DNA of 64,000 nt, from IMG/VR virus record IMGVR_UViG_3300005614_000001, positions 32,001-96,000 of that record; one strand, 5' to 3'. Position numbers and translations under genes: made by a program. Positions 63,935 through 64,000 of this stretch are shown here, piece by piece. How positions within the stretch are numbered: the stretch's first letter is position 1; each line of letters opens with the position of its first letter. A model generated the notes under the pieces. That model saw only the letters and a program-made list of their open reading frames with translations, was not told where the DNA came from and ran no database searches. Source of the DNA: a virus (Duplodnaviria; Caudoviricetes).

Positions 63935-64000
63935 CTAAAAACTAATAATTATATGAAACATACTATAAAAAATGACTTAAAGAAAGCGGATACAGGATGT

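Noticed and set aside
1-64000. TAG (or TGA) stop-codon reassignment as in some crAss-like phages
   Set aside because: Genes are full length in the standard code, TAG ends several genes at sensible positions, and no CUA suppressor tRNA is seen.

Overview
The window is a 64-kb segment of a crAss-like (Crassvirales-type) Bacteroidota phage genome in standard genetic code. Bases 1-55841 are a minus-strand virion/late module. In transcription order it holds small DNA-binding/Zn-finger ORFs, TerL with a LAGLIDADG intein, portal, putative scaffold, major capsid, ring/auxiliary capsid proteins, a free-standing HNH endonuclease, GH24 lysozyme, tail proteins, holin, metallophosphoesterase, an IHF-like protein, muzzle, cargo proteins, three giant co-framed ejection proteins (the 4019-aa one carries the DFDVD virion-RNAP motif) and fibre-like genes. 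After about 56 kb the strand switches to short plus-strand early-type ORFs. The most striking unexplained element lies just after the switch: a plasmid-like replication/partition cassette (RepL-like gene, HTH gene, three 18-bp palindromes at a 23-bp period, and a perfect chromosomal-type parS TGTTCCACGTGGAACA, with no parA/parB in the window), suggesting the phage borrows host ParB. Other highlights are a circularly permuted histidine-phosphatase domain at the C-terminus of the virion RNAP protein, two tandem elbow-less tRNA-Gln(UUG)-like elements under an antisense promoter, a pseudoknotted ncRNA candidate, a hairpin loop complementary to a recurrent AAACCAAT leader motif, and CpG depletion that spares CCGG. 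Product calls come from motifs and synteny read by eye; no database search was run.
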